Shown one piece after another: positions 16,650 to 25,000 of a DNA stretch of 32,000 nucleotides. The position numbers were made by a program, and so were the translations under genes. The stretch spans positions 420,001 through 452,000 of the forward strand of contig NZ_CP007496.1 of the NCBI RefSeq assembly GCF_000803625.1. Direction: 5' to 3'. Positions within the stretch are counted from its first letter, which is position 1. Every line of letters starts with the position of its first letter. Origin of the DNA: Candidatus Nanosynbacter lyticus (GTDB lineage Bacteria; Patescibacteriota; Saccharimonadia; Saccharimonadales; Saccharimonadaceae). Below the pieces are notes generated by a model. The model ran no database searches. It saw only the letters and a program-made list of their open reading frames with translations, and had not been told where the DNA came from.

Positions 16650-17783
16650 ATGGATTACAACAAATTAGCACTTGAATTACACGAAAAATATAAGGGTAAA
16701 ATTACCACCAATTTGCGCGACCAGGAGGAGTTGGACCGAGACAAATTAAGCGCCTATTACAGCCCAGGTGTTGGCGCAGTCAGCCAAGCAATCGCCGAAA
16801 ATCCAGCCGATTTGCCTAAGTACACCTGGACTAATAATTTAGTTGGCGTCATTTCTGACGGTTCAGCAATTTTAGGCTTGGGCGATTTGGGACCAAAAGC
16901 CGCCATGCCAGTCATGGAAGGCAAGGCGCTGCTGTTCAAGCATTTTGCTGATGTTGACGCTGTGCCAGTTGTGCTGGACGTTCACGACACGGAAGAAATT
17001 ATCGCCACAATTAAGGCAATTGCGCCGAGCTTTGGAGCCATCAACTTGGAGGATATCGCTGCACCAAAGTGTTTTGAGATTGAAGAGCGTCTGAAGGCTG
17101 AGTTGGACATTCCTGTTTTTCACGATGACCAGCATGGCACGGCGGTCGTGGTGTTGGCGGGGCTAATCAACGCCGCGAAACTAACTGAACGAAGCCTGAC
17201 AGACTGTAAAATCGTAGTCATTGGTGCTGGGGCGGCTGGCACGGCGATTATTAAATTGCTGCACCTATACGGCGTGCGGAACATCGTGGCAGTGGACAGC
17301 CGCGGCATCGTTGGCGCGTCTCGCACAGATTTGAATGCGGAAAAAACTGCGCTTTTAGAATACGTAGATGATTCGCAAGACGGCTCAATTGACGATGCAA
17401 TCACTGACGCTGACGTGTTCATCGGTGTGTCGCGAGCTGGCCTGCTAACTCCTGAATTAGTTCAGAAAATGGCGAAAGATCCAATTGTCTTTGCCCTAGC
17501 AAACCCAGTCCCAGAAATCATGCCAGATGTTGCCAAAGAAGCAGGCGTAGCAATCATCGCCACTGGCCGCAGCGATTTCCCAAACCAAGTCAACAACTCC
17601 CTAGCCTTCCCTGGCATCTTCCGCGGAGCACTCGATCACGGAGTGAAAAAAATCACCGATCAGCACAAATTGGCGGCTGCTGAAGCGCTAGCTAACCTGG
17701 TCGAAAATCCAACCGTCGACAAAGTCGTTCCAACTGCATTTGATGAGGGTGTTGTTGAAGCTGTTGCGAATGTCATTAGATAA
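16650..17783 (+). CDS. NAD(P)-dependent malic enzyme, short form
   Basis: MDYNKLALELHEKYKGKITT..., YSPGV, GSAILGLGDLGP, INLEDIAAPKCFEIEERL, FHDDQHGTA and the Rossmann motif VIGAGAAGTA. I chose the ATG at 16650. The ORF-track start at 16458 adds 64 implausible residues that overlap rplS. Confidence 0.9.
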   Translation: MDYNKLALELHEKYKGKITTNLRDQEELDRDKLSAYYSPGVGAVSQAIAENPADLPKYTWTNNLVGVISDGSAILGLGDLGPKAAMPVMEGKALLFKHFADVDAVPVVLDVHDTEEIIATIKAIAPSFGAINLEDIAAPKCFEIEERLKAELDIPVFHDDQHGTAVVVLAGLINAAKLTERSLTDCKIVVIGAGAAGTAIIKLLHLYGVRNIVAVDSRGIVGASRTDLNAEKTALLEYVDDSQDGSIDDAITDADVFIGVSRAGLLTPELVQKMAKDPIVFALANPVPEIMPDVAKEAGVAIIATGRSDFPNQVNNSLAFPGIFRGALDHGVKKITDQHKLAAAEALANLVENPTVDKVVPTAFDEGVVEAVANVIR

Positions 17784-17785
17784 GC

Positions 17786-19324
17786 CTAAGCACCAGCACC
17801 GTACTTAGCCGCATCACGAGAGTTTCCATCTATAAACAGAGCCACTAACGGCTCCTGGTTCTGTTTGTCGCAAGCTCCTAAGAATAAAACTATTTCAGTC
17901 ACTCCAGCTTTCTGAAGAGATTTTTTAGTCTCACTTTCATCGGGCATATCTTCAACGCTGACTTTTGACACATAAACCCTCTTGGCGTTATGCGTTTGGT
18001 CTTTCCAGGCGTAAATTATAAACGGATAAAGCTCTTTTAATCTGTTATTTAAGCCAACTGGCAAACCGACAGACTTATCTTCTGAAGTTGCTACATATTT
18101 AGCAGCCATAGTTAATTTGTCCTTAATAATAGGTAGAATGTCCCGCTTCTTCTCGTCGTTTTCGTATCCAGTCATTTTATGTTCAATCTTTTTAGCCTCT
18201 TCAGTGCGCGCGTCAATTACTGCGACCACAGTACCGTCACCACCACACTCAACATGCAGTACATCCACAATAGAATCTTCTTTAAGCCACGGAAATGTCT
18301 CGCTATCAAGTATCACAGCATCTCCCGCCTTCAATCCAATCTCTACCGGCCGAGAGTCTTCTTCAGCTCTCGACTTCGGTTTATTTGACCTTTTCTTCTT
18401 GGTGGCTTTCCTCAAAGATTCACCCGCAATTTCAGGCGCCACTTCATAGCCATTCAATTTCTCCGAAAGCACCCTCAGCGCGTCGTCTAGAGCCTCTCTC
18501 AGACGTTCTTTAGCCATAGACTCAGCAAGACTACGAACCGCTGGACTGTTTTCCTTAACTGTCGCTTCTTTATACTGCTTGGCTAGCTCCTCTTCGCTTG
18601 GCAATTTTATGGATTTTATAAACTTAAGAACACTTTTGGCAAATTTTAAATCATCCTCAGGATTGATGCCATTACATTCCTTATCTTCAACCTCCTTAAG
18701 TTTCCGACACTTAAAGTCTTCCAGGAAACTACTGAACTTCATCTTGTCATCATTACCTGGGATATATTCAGGTCTAGTAATTGTAAAATCATCAGGTAAA
18801 CCAAAAGCCCCATCCTTAGTAAGACTATCAGTCACAGCCTTCCTTGCCTCTGCGATAAAGCGCATATATTCACTATCTGCAAGTTCAGGACTAATTATTT
18901 TATTAGCATACTGCCATCGTATTACGTCGGGAATCGCATACTCTTCAGCTTGGCAAAATTCTGGAATATTCACTTTCGCCAGCTTTTTGGGAAAAACTAC
19001 ACTAAGATTCTCCCTTATAAATTTCTCGTATGTTCCATTAAATATACTTCTTAACGATTCTTTGACTTCCTCTATATCAAAGTCTATCTCTATGCAATCT
19101 GGAAGCCTGTTATACTCTTCCTCAATTTGTCGAAATAACTCAAGAATATTCTCATAAGCCTCTTGATATTCACCGCGCAACTCTTCACCTTCAACAAGAA
19201 ACGGTACATGCTTAATAATAAACTCTACATAATCTATAATTTGACTTATGTATTTTTTATTATGATCTTCTGCCTGAGGCAGTTTACCTTCAACAACATA
19301 ACCAGACTGTCGTCTTTCACTCAT
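17786..19324 (-). CDS. hypothetical acidic cytoplasmic protein (512 aa), ORFan-like, AT-rich
   Basis: Uninterrupted 512-codon ORF with its own promoter and no TM helix or signal peptide. It is E/D/K-rich with no motif I recognise. Sampled 60-nt lines have 16, 17 and 25 G+C, against 33 in a pilB line and 28 in a malic enzyme line. Confidence 0.6.
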   Translation of the reverse strand: MSERRQSGYVVEGKLPQAEDHNKKYISQIIDYVEFIIKHVPFLVEGEELRGEYQEAYENILELFRQIEEEYNRLPDCIEIDFDIEEVKESLRSIFNGTYEKFIRENLSVVFPKKLAKVNIPEFCQAEEYAIPDVIRWQYANKIISPELADSEYMRFIAEARKAVTDSLTKDGAFGLPDDFTITRPEYIPGNDDKMKFSSFLEDFKCRKLKEVEDKECNGINPEDDLKFAKSVLKFIKSIKLPSEEELAKQYKEATVKENSPAVRSLAESMAKERLREALDDALRVLSEKLNGYEVAPEIAGESLRKATKKKRSNKPKSRAEEDSRPVEIGLKAGDAVILDSETFPWLKEDSIVDVLHVECGGDGTVVAVIDARTEEAKKIEHKMTGYENDEKKRDILPIIKDKLTMAAKYVATSEDKSVGLPVGLNNRLKELYPFIIYAWKDQTHNAKRVYVSKVSVEDMPDESETKKSLQKAGVTEIVLFLGACDKQNQEPLVALFIDGNSRDAAKYGAGA

Positions 19325-19332
19325 AAACTAAT

Positions 19333-19361
19333 ACTATATCAGCTTATAGATATAAAGTCAA
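19333..19361 (-). promoter_or_regulatory. promoter of the 512-aa ORFan
   Basis: On the minus strand: TTGACT (19361-19356, abutting the pilB stop codon), 17-nt spacer, TATAGT (19338-19333), 8 nt, ATG at 19324. There is no SD. Confidence 0.5.
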
Positions 19362-20984
19362 TTATATTACCCTGTTAACTTCTTCTAGCGTCGTTTCGCC
19401 ACGAAGAGCCGCCAAGACTCCAGCCTGCAGTAGCGTCACCATACCATCCTTCTTCGCAGCTTCCTCGATTGCGCCCGCATGCACGTCGTTAACATCGCCA
19501 CGCAGAAACTTCTGGATATTCTCACTCACCACCAGCTGCTCCATCACCGGAATACGCCCCTTATAACCAAATGGTACATCATCCGTCGGCATAGCTCGCC
19601 ACAGCTTGAACGTATCCAAATTTGGACAATCAACGCCCTCTGGCAAATCCTTAAGAACTTCCTTGACCCACTTGCGTGTCGCCTCGTCTGGCTCGTATTC
19701 TTCCTTACTATCGTCCCATAATCTCCTGACCAGCCGCTGCGCAATCACCAGCCGCACTGCCGAGCTAAAAATCGGATTCTGCCCAATCATATCAATCATC
19801 CGACTAAACGCCGCCGCAGTCGAGTTGGCGTGAAAGCTGGATAACACCAAGTGACCAGTAATCGACGCCTGAATTGCCGTCTTAGCAGTCTCGTTGTCGC
19901 GAATCTCACCGACCATCACCACATCTGGATCAAGGCGCAAAACACTACGCAGCCCATCAGCGAACCTCTGGCCAGTTGTTGTATCAATTGGAATCTGTGT
20001 AATTCCCGGAATTGTATTTTCCACCGGGTCTTCCAGTGTAATAATCTTTCTATCTGGCGTATTTAAAGCATTCAAAATGCTATACAATGTCGTCGATTTT
20101 CCTGAGCCAGTCGGACCAACCATCAACAACATGCCACGCGGATGCGAAATGACTTCATCGATCTGATCACGTTCTTTCTTTGAGATATTTAAAAGATCCA
20201 GATTAAGCATTGATTCGTCAAAGTTAAATAGGCGCAGAACAATGTCTAATCCATAAACCGTCGCCACCGCCTCCACGCGTAAATTCAGCACATGAGACAC
20301 TCCGTCTCGATGAATTTCCTGTTGCATATGACCCGACTGCGGCTCTCTGGAGGCAGTAGAAATATTTGCCCGCGAGGCTAATGTCGCCATAATCACCCGA
20401 TAACGATCTCGGCTCAGCTCCGCCACAGTATGTAGCGCTCCATCAACACGCATCCGAATTCGAATTGACTCACGCTGATTTTCAATATGGATATCTGACG
20501 CGCCCAGCAAATCCGCCTGATCAACCAAATAATTGAACACGTCATTTGTGCCCACAGACGCTAAAGTCTGAGTAACCTGCGCCAACGTATCACTATCACC
20601 ATCTTTAGCAATCTCGATATTATCATAAATAACTCTCTTTGGTGGATCAAACCTGAGCATAATTGACCGAAACGCCGAACCGGAAATAAGAAAGAAGAAT
20701 ATTCGCTTGCCACTCTCCGTATATTTATCGCGCATCTGCTTCATTAACGACTCAGACGTCTGCGAAGTAACACCAAACCGGTAAGACTGGTCCTCCTCAT
20801 TAAACGCCAGCGGCACCAACCGGCCCTTATACATTTCATCGATTGTCAAAACGTCTTTAAGTAGAGGCAGAGTGTCTTCAAATTCCCGCCCATCCAGATA
20901 TTGAAGTCCTAAAATTGACGCTCGGCGACGAGTCGCTTCCTCATCCTGCTCGCGGCGGCGCGCCTGAATTTTATCTTCGTCCAT
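19362..20984 (-). CDS. pilB: type IV pilus / type II secretion assembly ATPase, PilB/GspE family
   Basis: N-terminal T2SSE_N-like region (RRASILGLQYLD...). Walker A is GPTGSGKST, the Asp/His boxes are EDPVE and RLDPDVVMVGEIRD, and Walker B is followed by TGHLVLSSFHAN. Confidence 0.88.
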   Translation of the reverse strand: MDEDKIQARRREQDEEATRRRASILGLQYLDGREFEDTLPLLKDVLTIDEMYKGRLVPLAFNEEDQSYRFGVTSQTSESLMKQMRDKYTESGKRIFFFLISGSAFRSIMLRFDPPKRVIYDNIEIAKDGDSDTLAQVTQTLASVGTNDVFNYLVDQADLLGASDIHIENQRESIRIRMRVDGALHTVAELSRDRYRVIMATLASRANISTASREPQSGHMQQEIHRDGVSHVLNLRVEAVATVYGLDIVLRLFNFDESMLNLDLLNISKKERDQIDEVISHPRGMLLMVGPTGSGKSTTLYSILNALNTPDRKIITLEDPVENTIPGITQIPIDTTTGQRFADGLRSVLRLDPDVVMVGEIRDNETAKTAIQASITGHLVLSSFHANSTAAAFSRMIDMIGQNPIFSSAVRLVIAQRLVRRLWDDSKEEYEPDEATRKWVKEVLKDLPEGVDCPNLDTFKLWRAMPTDDVPFGYKGRIPVMEQLVVSENIQKFLRGDVNDVHAGAIEEAAKKDGMVTLLQAGVLAALRGETTLEEVNRVI

Positions 20985-21035
20985 ACGAGAATTATAGCAA
21001 AAAGCTTACGGTTTGACGAGTGATATAATAGTCAT
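20985..21035. promoter_or_regulatory. divergent promoter region for pilB (-) and trmH-like (+), both predicted to be leaderless
   Basis: Minus strand: TGcTATAAT (20999-20991), 6 nt, ATG at 20984. Plus strand: TGaTATAAT (21021-21029), 6 nt, ATG at 21036. Confidence 0.5.
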
Positions 21036-21596
21036 ATGCACCCAGAAATCACGTTGTTGGTTCACAATATTCGCTCAACACATAACGTTGGGGCAATTTT
21101 CCGCACGGCCGAGGGATTTGGTGTGAAGAAGATTATTCTTAGTGGCTATACACCGTATCCAGATTTGAGCTTATGCAGCGAGGCGCCTAGCTGCGCGCTT
21201 GTTGATGGAGAAATTCGATCCGAAGATATTCGCCTGCCGCACATTCGTGAAAAAATCACCAATCAAATTCACAAAACCGCCTTAGGTGCGGAAAGTTTGG
21301 TGCCATTTGAGTTTTACGAAGATATCAATGACTGGATTAAAGAGAATCAGCGAACAGAAAACTTGCCAATTATCGCGCTGGAGCAATCAAAAGACAGCGT
21401 GATGCTATCAGAATTTCAGCCGCCTGAAAAATTTGCGCTGCTACTCGGAGAAGAAGTCCACGGAATCACGCCAGAACTTTTGGATAACTGCGATTTCACC
21501 GTAGAAATCCCGATGTTTGGCCAAAAAGAATCATTCAACGTGTCGGTCGCAACAGGAATTGCACTGTTTGGACTGATTTTCCCGAGAATGAAATAA
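21036..21596 (+). CDS. SpoU/TrmH-family RNA 2'-O-methyltransferase
   Basis: LLVHNIRSTHNVGAIFRTAEGFGV (motif 1), LLLGEEVHGITPELL (motif 2), IPMFGQKESFNVSVATGIALF (motif 3, trefoil knot). There is a ~45-aa insertion after motif 1. Confidence 0.85.
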   Translation: MHPEITLLVHNIRSTHNVGAIFRTAEGFGVKKIILSGYTPYPDLSLCSEAPSCALVDGEIRSEDIRLPHIREKITNQIHKTALGAESLVPFEFYEDINDWIKENQRTENLPIIALEQSKDSVMLSEFQPPEKFALLLGEEVHGITPELLDNCDFTVEIPMFGQKESFNVSVATGIALFGLIFPRMK

Positions 21597-21634
21597 TCTC
21601 AACAACGAATAAATAAATCCCTCAAGTCTGATTA

Positions 21635-21663
21635 TTGACTTTATTAAGTATATGTGTTATATT
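21635..21663 (+). promoter_or_regulatory. promoter of the small membrane protein gene
   Basis: TTGACT (21635-21640), 17-nt spacer, TGtTATATT (-10 at 21658-21663). The predicted TSS is near 21670. Confidence 0.5.
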
Positions 21664-21671
21664 TATAAAAG

Positions 21672-21697
21672 CCTTCTTCGGAATCCCCCGGAGAAGG
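21672..21697 (+). promoter_or_regulatory. 5'-terminal stem-loop of the predicted transcript
   Basis: CCTTCTTCGG-aatccc-CCGGAGAAGG forms a 10-bp stem with one G-U pair, starting 2-3 nt after the predicted TSS. A weaker CCCT...AGGG-TTTT element follows at 21702-21722 and covers the only SD-like purine run (GAAAGGG). Confidence 0.45.
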
Positions 21698-21727
21698 TAG
21701 TCCCTCAGAGCGAAAGGGTTTTAGAAA

Positions 21728-22021
21728 ATGTTTGACATTTTCTTCATCTTTATAATCATGGCAACCATGTATATTTCATGGTATAGCTACAAAGCTCCCT
21801 CGGGGGTTAGTCGCGGATTGCATGCACTAGCCATCGCCTCGGCGGTATGGCTGTTACTTTTCTTCGCCTACTTCATGGTGGGCGAATCGCCGGTTAGACC
21901 TCAGTATCAAAAGGAGCTGATGTATATATGGTACTTCGTACTCTCAATCGCATATGCAACCTTTTATTATAAGGGTTGCATCAAAGAGCGCGAAAGACTT
22001 CAGGGGCGCAAGTCCCGCTGA
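21728..22021 (+). CDS. small hypothetical membrane protein (97 aa, about 3 TM helices)
   Basis: It has hydrophobic helices (FDIFFIFIIMATMYISWY, LHALAIASAVWLLLFFAYFMV, LMYIWYFVLSIAYATFYY), a basic C-terminus and its own promoter. Confidence 0.55.
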   Translation: MFDIFFIFIIMATMYISWYSYKAPSGVSRGLHALAIASAVWLLLFFAYFMVGESPVRPQYQKELMYIWYFVLSIAYATFYYKGCIKERERLQGRKSR

Positions 22022-22083
22022 TAGTTAGCCCGCCGTAGAGCAAACAGCTCCGGCTGAGACCTCTGTCAGCGGGCTAACTATCA
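22019..22083. repeat. 15-bp perfect inverted repeat containing the stop codons of both convergent genes; a probable bidirectional 3'-end hairpin
   Basis: TGATAGTTAGCCCGC (22019-22033) pairs with GCGGGCTAACTATCA (22069-22083). The 35-nt spacer folds further (AGAG/CTCT, and CAGC-tccg-GCTG, which is a C(UCCG)G tetraloop on the plus strand). There is no U-tract on either side. Confidence 0.8.
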
Positions 22084-25000
22084 CTTTAGAATTACGCACT
22101 CTTCACCCAGAGTGTTTTTTAATTGGCTTAATAGGTTATCATTAGCATCCACCTTAAATGGCAGACGCATGGCTGATTTTTCCTTTTCCCCCAGAACCAA
22201 AACCACGTCAGTCGTGCCAGCATTCTCACCACAAACAGACTTCATTTTCACTAACCGCGGATGATCATTCGGGTCTTTAATATATACAAACAACTTGGAG
22301 GCGGGGATTTCCGGAGTAACGTTAACCGGCGCCGGTTGAGTTTTTGGCTGAAACTTATCCGCATCAGATTTTACGACAGGCTTGGGCGTGATTCCATTCT
22401 TCTGACTGCGATAAGCCTCGCGGCGTTCTTTCTTAACCGCAGAACTAACCTTTGGAGCGTCCATCTTACGACCAGTTGACTCATAGCCATTAATATCATT
22501 GTCTGTAATCGCGATAATGTCATCAGCAATGAGTTTACTTTCACTACCCAAATTTCCATCACGATCTCGCGCTGAGTTTTTACCAGAAACTCGAATTACC
22601 GTATCCTGAAGCAACTTAGCGCCAACTTTTTCATACAAATTCGGAAAGACAATTATTTCACCCTCACCAAATTTATCCTCAATTCCCACAAACGCCATCT
22701 TTGAGCCACTCTTCGTCACAATTGTCCGAACTGTACTAATAATTCCGCCGACCGTCATCATTCGGCTGTCATACTCCGGAACCAATTGCGTCAATGGCTG
22801 AGTTTGCTCGCTTAGATAAGTCTCGTATCTATCAAGCGGGTGTGCCGAAATATACAGCCCCAGTAGTTCCCGCTCCCACATCAGACGTTCTTTATCATCA
22901 TGCTTTACTGGCGCTTTCTGTAGATTAAGTATCGACTGAACGCTTGCCGTGTCATCACCCAACATACCGAACAAATTAGTCTGACCACTGGCGGCTTCTT
23001 TTTGAAGCTTAGAGGAAAATGCCGTGATGGAGTCCAGATTGAATAGCAAATCCGACCGATCGCCCATATTGTCAAAGGCGCCGGACTTAATAAGAGATTC
23101 CCAAGCCTTACGATTAAACTTGCTGGTCGAAACACGCTTGGCGAAATCCTCCACCGACAAGAACGCGCCTTCCTCGCGCGCCCGCAAGACTTCCTCAACC
23201 GCACCAACACCGACACCCTTCACTGCTGACATACCAAAGCGAATTTTATTTTCATTAGGCACCACAGCAAATTCAACGAACGATTCATTGACATCTGGAC
23301 TAAGCACATCAATTCCCATATGTTTACATTCCGTGATCTCAATTGCCAAACGATCCGTGTCATCATGGTCACTGGTCATCAGTGCTGCCATAAACGCGTC
23401 CGGATAATGCGCCTTCAAATAAGCCGTCCAATAGGCAATCAAGCCATAACAAGCAGCGTGCGATTTATTGAAACAATAGTTAGCGAACTCCTCCAGCTGT
23501 GTCCAAAACGTTTCCGCAATTTCCTTAGTAGCGCCACCGACCTTAACCGCACCTTCGACAAATTCAGGCTTAACTTTTTTCATCAAGTCAATCTTTTTCT
23601 TACCAACAGCTTTACGCAGCGTATCAGCCTGACCACCAGTAAAGCCGCACCATTCCTTAGAAATCTGCATAAATTGCTCTTGGTAGACCAAAATTCCGTA
23701 AGTATTTTTTAGTGAGTTTTTCATTCCAGGATGCAAATAAGTTATTTCTTCTTCGCCATGTTTGCGCCGAATAAAACTGTCAATAAACTGCATCGGGCCC
23801 GGACGATAAAGAGCCACCATAGCGATAATATCCTCAAATGTGGTCGGCTTTAGTCCGCGCAAATACCGCTTCATCCCCGCCGACTCCAACTGGAATACTC
23901 CGGTTGTATCGCCGCGCTGGAATAGCTCATAAGTTTTCTTATCGTCAAGCGGCAGCTGCGAAAGATTAATCTCTGTATTATAAGCTTTTCGGATAATCCG
24001 CATGGCGTTGTTAATAATCGTAAGGTTACTGAGGCCCAAAAAATCCATCTTAAGAAGCCCCAGTTCCTCAACTTCACCCATCGGGAATTGAGTAGCCACC
24101 ACGCCTTTTTGTGCCATTTCCAGCGGAATATAATTAACCAGCGTGTCTGGCGCGATCACCACACCACAAGCATGAACTCCGTGGCTGCGAATCGTGCCTT
24201 CAAGCTGAATAGCATAATCTAATACTTCTTTGGCAGTAGGATTATTCTCATACTCACGGCGCAAATCTGCATCTTCTTTAATACTGACCGATAGCGGAAT
24301 ATGACGACCCTGGTTTGGCGGCGGCACCAACTTAGCCAAGCGGTCGCTCTCGGCGTAAGGAACTTCCAGCACCCTGGCGACATCGCGCACCGCCATACGC
24401 CCAAACATTTTACCAAAGGTAGCGATATTCGACACATGATCGCGTCCATATTTTTCAGCGCAATATTCAATCACTTCGTCACGTCGGGTGTCTTGAATAT
24501 CGACGTCGATATCCGGCATGGAAATACGATCTGGATTAAGGAAACGTTCAAACAGCAGACCGTACTTTAGCGGGTCAAGGTCAGTAATATTCAGTGCGTA
24601 GGCGATAATCGAGCCAGCCGCACTGCCCCGACCCGGCCCGAAGACAATCCCCTGGGATTTGCCCCAGTTGATAAAATCCTGGACGATCAAAAAATAACCC
24701 TCGTAGCCCATATTGCCCATCACGCCCAGCTCCATCTCGGCGCGCTGGCGAACTTCGTCGGATAATTGCGGAATGATGTCGTCAGGATCTAATTTTTCGG
24801 CTTCTTCTTTGGAGGCGCCGTTGTAGCGCTGCAGCAAGCCTTGATAGGTCAATTTCAGCAGGTACGAATGCTCATTTTCGCCATCGGGCAGCGGATATTT
24901 CGGAATGAGGATGCGGCCCAGCTCAATTTCAACATCGCAGCGGTCGGCGACCTTTTTGGTGTTGCGAACGACTTCTGGATATTCCTCGCCCCAATGGTCA

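Noticed and set aside
18579-19157. The track lists long antisense ORFs: 192 aa here, and also 14905-15408, 15378-15836, 28551-29036, 8194-8866 and 23024-23712.
   Set aside because: All lie opposite genes with strong conserved motifs or clear TM helices. They are Ser/Leu/Arg-rich low-complexity mirror frames with no promoter or SD context of their own.
17772-19373. An imperfect direct repeat flanks the 512-aa ORFan (gtcattagataagcct at 17772-17787 and gtcaattatattaccct at 19357-19373).
   Set aside because: Only about 13 of 17 positions match, with a gap, in AT-rich sequence. That is within chance expectation and much weaker than the repeat flanking the 219-aa ORFan.
21672-21722. I considered a known small riboswitch (fluoride or guanidine-II type) upstream of the small membrane protein gene.
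   Set aside because: The hairpin loops (AAUCCC, CAGAGCGA) lack the ACGR loops of guanidine-II and the conserved fluoride-riboswitch core as I recall them. The downstream protein does not resemble CrcB or SMR transporters.
22084-22533. I considered a C-terminal extension of DnaE (1245 aa) as a possible novel domain or intein.
   Set aside because: There are no intein splice motifs. Alpha subunits commonly have variable C-terminal regions after the OB fold, so the extra length is not clearly unusual without an alignment.
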